A stretch of DNA of 56,342 nt, filler included, from Basidiobolus ranarum (Eukaryota): assembly GCA_040143965.1 (NCBI GenBank). It is 3 parts of 3 records of this genome, joined end to end, with 100 filler letters (N's around TTAATTAATTAA, not from the genome) between each part and the next. Parts side by side here need not be neighbours in the genome. Positions count along the whole stretch, not along the records: positions 37,659 to 56,342 come from JASJQH010000270.1; 2 more parts are not named here. The stretch is one strand, 5' to 3'. Every line of letters begins with the position of its first letter. The first letter of the stretch is position 1. The translations under genes and the position numbers were made by a program. Under the pieces are notes generated by a model that had not been told where the DNA came from, did no database searches, and was given only the letters and a program-made list of their open reading frames with translations. Of the stretch, positions 52,145 to 56,342 are shown one piece after another.

Positions 52145-53763
52145 ATGAGATTCTTAATTTCGAAAAATGCTTATTTGATACTCTTTTCATTATTAAGCAT
52201 CCCAACGATTGCCACTGCTCTTTTTAATGATACCGAAATTAACACTAAAGCCGCCACACCTAGTATAGTAGAAATCGACACTGAATCCAGTACTATGCCA
52301 CGCCATCTGGTCAAATTCAAGAATCTCCCAGGGAAGAGCTGGGTCAAAACGTTCGGTGGAGAGGTTCAATCCTTATCCAACAAATTCCACTTTATGGTTG
52401 GTAATTTTTCCAATGGCGAGCTCAGTGTTATACAGAAGGATCCCTTGGTCGATTATGTGGAGCAAGAAATGACAGTTAAAACCTTCCTGGTAGAGAATAG
52501 TCCACCTAGCTGGGTTAGTAATTTAAACAATACCAGACATCCTTTGATTATTGATTTGAGCTGATTCATGCTTTAAAAGGGATTAGATCGATTAGACCAA
52601 CGTCAGCTTCCATTGGATAAGAAATATAATTACATAGACTCGGGTGGCGCCGGTGTAGATGTATATGTAATTGATACGTATGACATATATTGTAATTTAT
52701 TTTTGCAACGCAACAGTGGCTAATGGTGCTTTACACTTACTAGTGGTATTTATATAGAACATGAAGACTTTGAAGGTCGAGCCCATTGGGGTGCTACAGT
52801 AGTAAATGGCACATCTGTTGACGGTAACGGACATGGAACATTTGTAGCAGGAATTATAGGCGGTAAGCAATATGGCGTCGCTAAGAAGGCAAATATACAT
52901 GCGGTTAAAGTAAGTTTTCTCATCATCTTCTCTGTTGTTCGAGGTCGGCCTTTTATGCCTTTATCAGGTACTTGACTCTAACGGAGGAGGCAGCACTAGC
53001 TCATTGATCAAGGGATTGCAGTACGTTTATGAAGAGCACCAAAAGAAAGAGAACAAACGAACAGTCATAAAGTATGGTACAATACAATAACCCCACATAG
53101 TCCTTATACTTATTTCTTCGCAATTCAGTATGTCCTTAGGAAGTGACTATAGTAGACTGGTGAATGACATTGTTGGTGAGGTCATTCAGGCTGGGATCGT
53201 AGTAGTAGTAAGTAGCTATCTGAAGAGATTCACGCCCGTGTCAAATATTAAATCTTAAAAACATGTAGGCTGCTGCTGGTAACGGCAATGAGGCGGGCAT
53301 AGGGATTGATGCATGTGGAGTATCACCAGCTTCAGCACGTGGAGTGATTACTGCCGGAGCAACACGTAGTGATGACCAGATTGCCATTTTCTCGAACTTT
53401 GGCCGTTGTGTTACACTGTTTGCACCTGGACAACAAGTTATTTCTGATTTTATTGGTTCCAATATAGCTAACAGTAGCCTCTCAGGAACCTCCTTCTCTT
53501 CACCATACACTGCCGGCGTGGCTGCTTTAATTTTGGGCAACTCGGATGAGGTTCTAAGTCCTGCAGAGGTTCAACACCGGCTTATTAGCTTGGCTACAAA
53601 AAAGATAGTGAAAGGTTTGCCTTTCGGCTCTCCTGACCTACTATTATACTCACAAGTTCAAGAGTATAGATCAAGTTCCAATCGCTCGGTTATTCCATCT
53701 CTTATGGCACAACTCATCGTCACATTGGTATCGCTTATTCTAATAACAGAATTTCTCCAGTAG
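52145..53763 (+). CDS. Subtilisin-like S8 (proteinase K-type) protease with I9 propeptide and hydrophobic C-terminal tail; 6 exons
   Basis: Signal peptide; VDYVEQE; SWGLDRLDQ; VYVIDTG (Asp), GHGTFVAG (His), [13 protein letters not shown] (Ser); tail [20 protein letters not shown]. Confidence 0.93.
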
Positions 53764-56342
53764 ACCATTTATTATCATTTGTATTAGTATCATCAATTCA
53801 TTAGCAGAGTCGAAGTAAAGTTACAATCATTGCATCTTCATATTAGAAATCCTGAATAATCACCTCCTCAGTCTGGTTCTAGAATAAACACTCATGAAAT
53901 AATTTCCCCTGAATCAGACCAGAACTTAGAATACCCGACTTCTTTCAAAATTCCTGTAGAATCATTTTAGAGTCAAACAGTCCTAATACGATTGTGTTTA
54001 CATGACATCAATTCACATGTGTTTACCAGACCTTCAACAACCTCCATTAGATGATCCACTGACAAAAACTGTGCAGAAAATGGCGTCTATACCATATCTT
54101 GATATTTGGACACAATATACAACTTCAATAACCCTTGAAATCAATTTCAAATTGGGTTGAGAACTAGTGATTTTGATGCTAACATGCAATTTATGCATTA
54201 TGTTCCGGCAAACTTAGTGATAATTGCATGTTGCATAAGCATCAATTGAATATAGTTTTAAGCGACAGTCGTATCTTTGAGTAAAGTTTGTAATGAATGG
54301 CCATTTGTTTCATGACTGTTCTGCCTCTGACAGTTGATTCTATTTCTAAAACCATATTGGAGTGTTTGAAGATTTAACCCGAATGATAGTCACCCCGTAT
54401 GGAGAGTCAATCATCTTACGAACATTAAGTTCAGTGTTCCTGCTTTCTAATCATTATTTCAGTTACTGAGCCGGTTCTGGACCCATTGTGATATTGTTGA
54501 GGATTACTATAACTTTGGGGCCAAAGACAAGGTGAAACCAAAACTGAAATGGAATATATTACCAAGTAATCTAAGACTATCACCTGTATCTCAGCTGGTA
54601 TTATGTGTATATATAATATAAGAAGCACCCTGTGCAAAATTAAACTCCCGACAATTATGAATACACTGTGTAGATATCAAATACCCTGCTAGGCTTAGCT
54701 CATTCATAGTCTTGACTTTCATGGTTGAGATGTTACCTAGTAGACCTTCTGTTTATGTTAGACCCTATACCTGATATGATAGCCGGTATATAGTTTCCTC
54801 TCATATATCCTTTTTACGCCGATTAGGCTTTGCCAGTTGCGTTATATTCGCTACCATTTGTTAGGGGAATTACTCGTTCAATTCCATAGAGTTTATATGA
54901 CAGGGAATCCCCAGTTTTCTCTCAACGGGATGTTTCATAATCAGGGCTATGTAGTGGGATCCTCCATCTACAAAACTTGGAAATTTTCATACTCGTGTTT
55001 ACTAACACAATAGTATGGGCTCTGAAATCAATCATTGAATTGAGATAATAAAAGTATATTATTTACTACATAATCACGGCTAATAAAACACCACTTCAAT
55101 CTGGATCACCGCCACTTTTATACATAAAAATCTCTTTATTCATTACACCATAATTACATATCTCGGGATAATATTGAAACCCGGCATTCCCTCCAACAGA
55201 TTCATGTATCGTAAGTTGAATAACATGTGCAAGTCTTTGGCCCACTTCCGCTTTAACTCCTAATTCGTCTGTTGATTTATTAAGAGATTCCCCCTTATAG
55301 TAGAAGTATATTATCAAGCATCCAATGTTTCGGGAATATCCAGCACGAGATTATATTACTATGGATATGTAAATATAGCATTTCATCGATCCAAAAGTGT
55401 ATATAGCGGATATACTGGCTTTAACTACACAAACAGCCTTTATTCTCCCAGAATCGTCTTCGGATACCATCAACTTTAAATATGAAAGGAAAAGAACCTG
55501 TTTACTGATTCTTCCGATGTCGTACCCTCAATGAGCCATGACTCAAACTGCAATTTCTTCTGTCACATGGATTAGAATTGTAATACCAAATAACGATCCA
55601 ATCTCAAATAACCCTAGGGCTAGATATGATCTGATCCGAACACAAGCCCATGAAACACTGATTGAGACTTACATTGGAATATGCATGTAGTTGCTGATGA
55701 GCATTCCTATGTCAAGTTACTGATTATCCTCAACATCGATAACTTCTAGGAAAGTGGGTTTACAATGAGACGCTGTAAGGGGAGAGGGGTTAAAAGTCAC
55801 GAGCAATATTTGAATTTTAATTTAACTCAATGCGGTTTGATTTTATTGTTTCTTCCAAGAATTACCTTCAATTGACGTTGCCATCTTCTGTTGTCTTTGT
55901 CAGAGATACCGACTGGATCGAGTCATTCGAGGATCATCTCATTACACTTTGTTGTTACAAGTTTTCATCTGAGGTCATGATTGACAAACCCAAAGAATAA
56001 CTGGGAAGAGATAAAAGCTAATCTACTACGTCTGAAATTGGATCACAGATGAGACTAGAACTTAAGCATTCACACTAACAAGATACTTCTCACTAACACT
56101 CAAGTTGGAGTTGGTCAGATCTGTTACCAATTACAGGATTCCAACCTTGAGTGGCAGGATACCCTGACATTACTAGTGTAGCATATATAGACATTCATTG
56201 AGACCTCTTGGCTATGCTTACCTTATATTATCTCTTGATAGAGTATCGAGGCGTTTTGCAACTTGTTGCATGAGGTATACACACATGTATAGACTGATCC
56301 TTCACAGTCACACCCACTTCCAAGAAACGGAGTGAACCACCG

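Noticed and set aside
54400-55700. Possible multi-exon or degenerate gene (splice-like signals, short coding-like stretches on both strands)
   Set aside because: I could not assemble a consistent frame or recognise a family; needs spliced homology search

Overview
Gene-dense, AT-rich eukaryotic genomic DNA with many short (about 55-75 nt) spliceosomal introns. It is an early-diverging (non-Dikarya) fungus; a Zoopagomycota/Basidiobolus-like source is my inference, not proven. The window is three contigs joined by two artificial N44-TTAATTAATTAA-N44 spacers (18751-18850, 37559-37658), so gene order across them is not assured. About 27 protein-coding loci can be built by hand, including RPS18, aquaglyceroporin, a WSC sensor, an EamA transporter, MRI1, a twin-CX9C protein, a BAHD acyltransferase, an NDR kinase, an S41 peptidase, a ChAPs exomer subunit, IBA57, SOD2, RPL18, TYR1, an F-box/WD40 protein and a subtilisin. 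The highlights: (1) a textbook U12-type AT-AC minor-spliceosome intron (ATATCCTTT...TCTTTAAC...CAC) in the ChAPs gene; (2) a divergently transcribed alpha-SNAP-like paralogue whose N-terminus is replaced by a membrane anchor plus a DUF4359-like segment; (3) a five-exon DM9-repeat lectin-like gene with a GC-AG intron that the ORF track misses; (4) a moaA/MOCS1A copy with an intact 5' half but two in-frame stops and a broken splice donor in its 3' half; (5) a zinc-knuckle/HTH protein resembling a domesticated transposase N-terminus. No rRNA, tRNA or CRISPR array was recognised.
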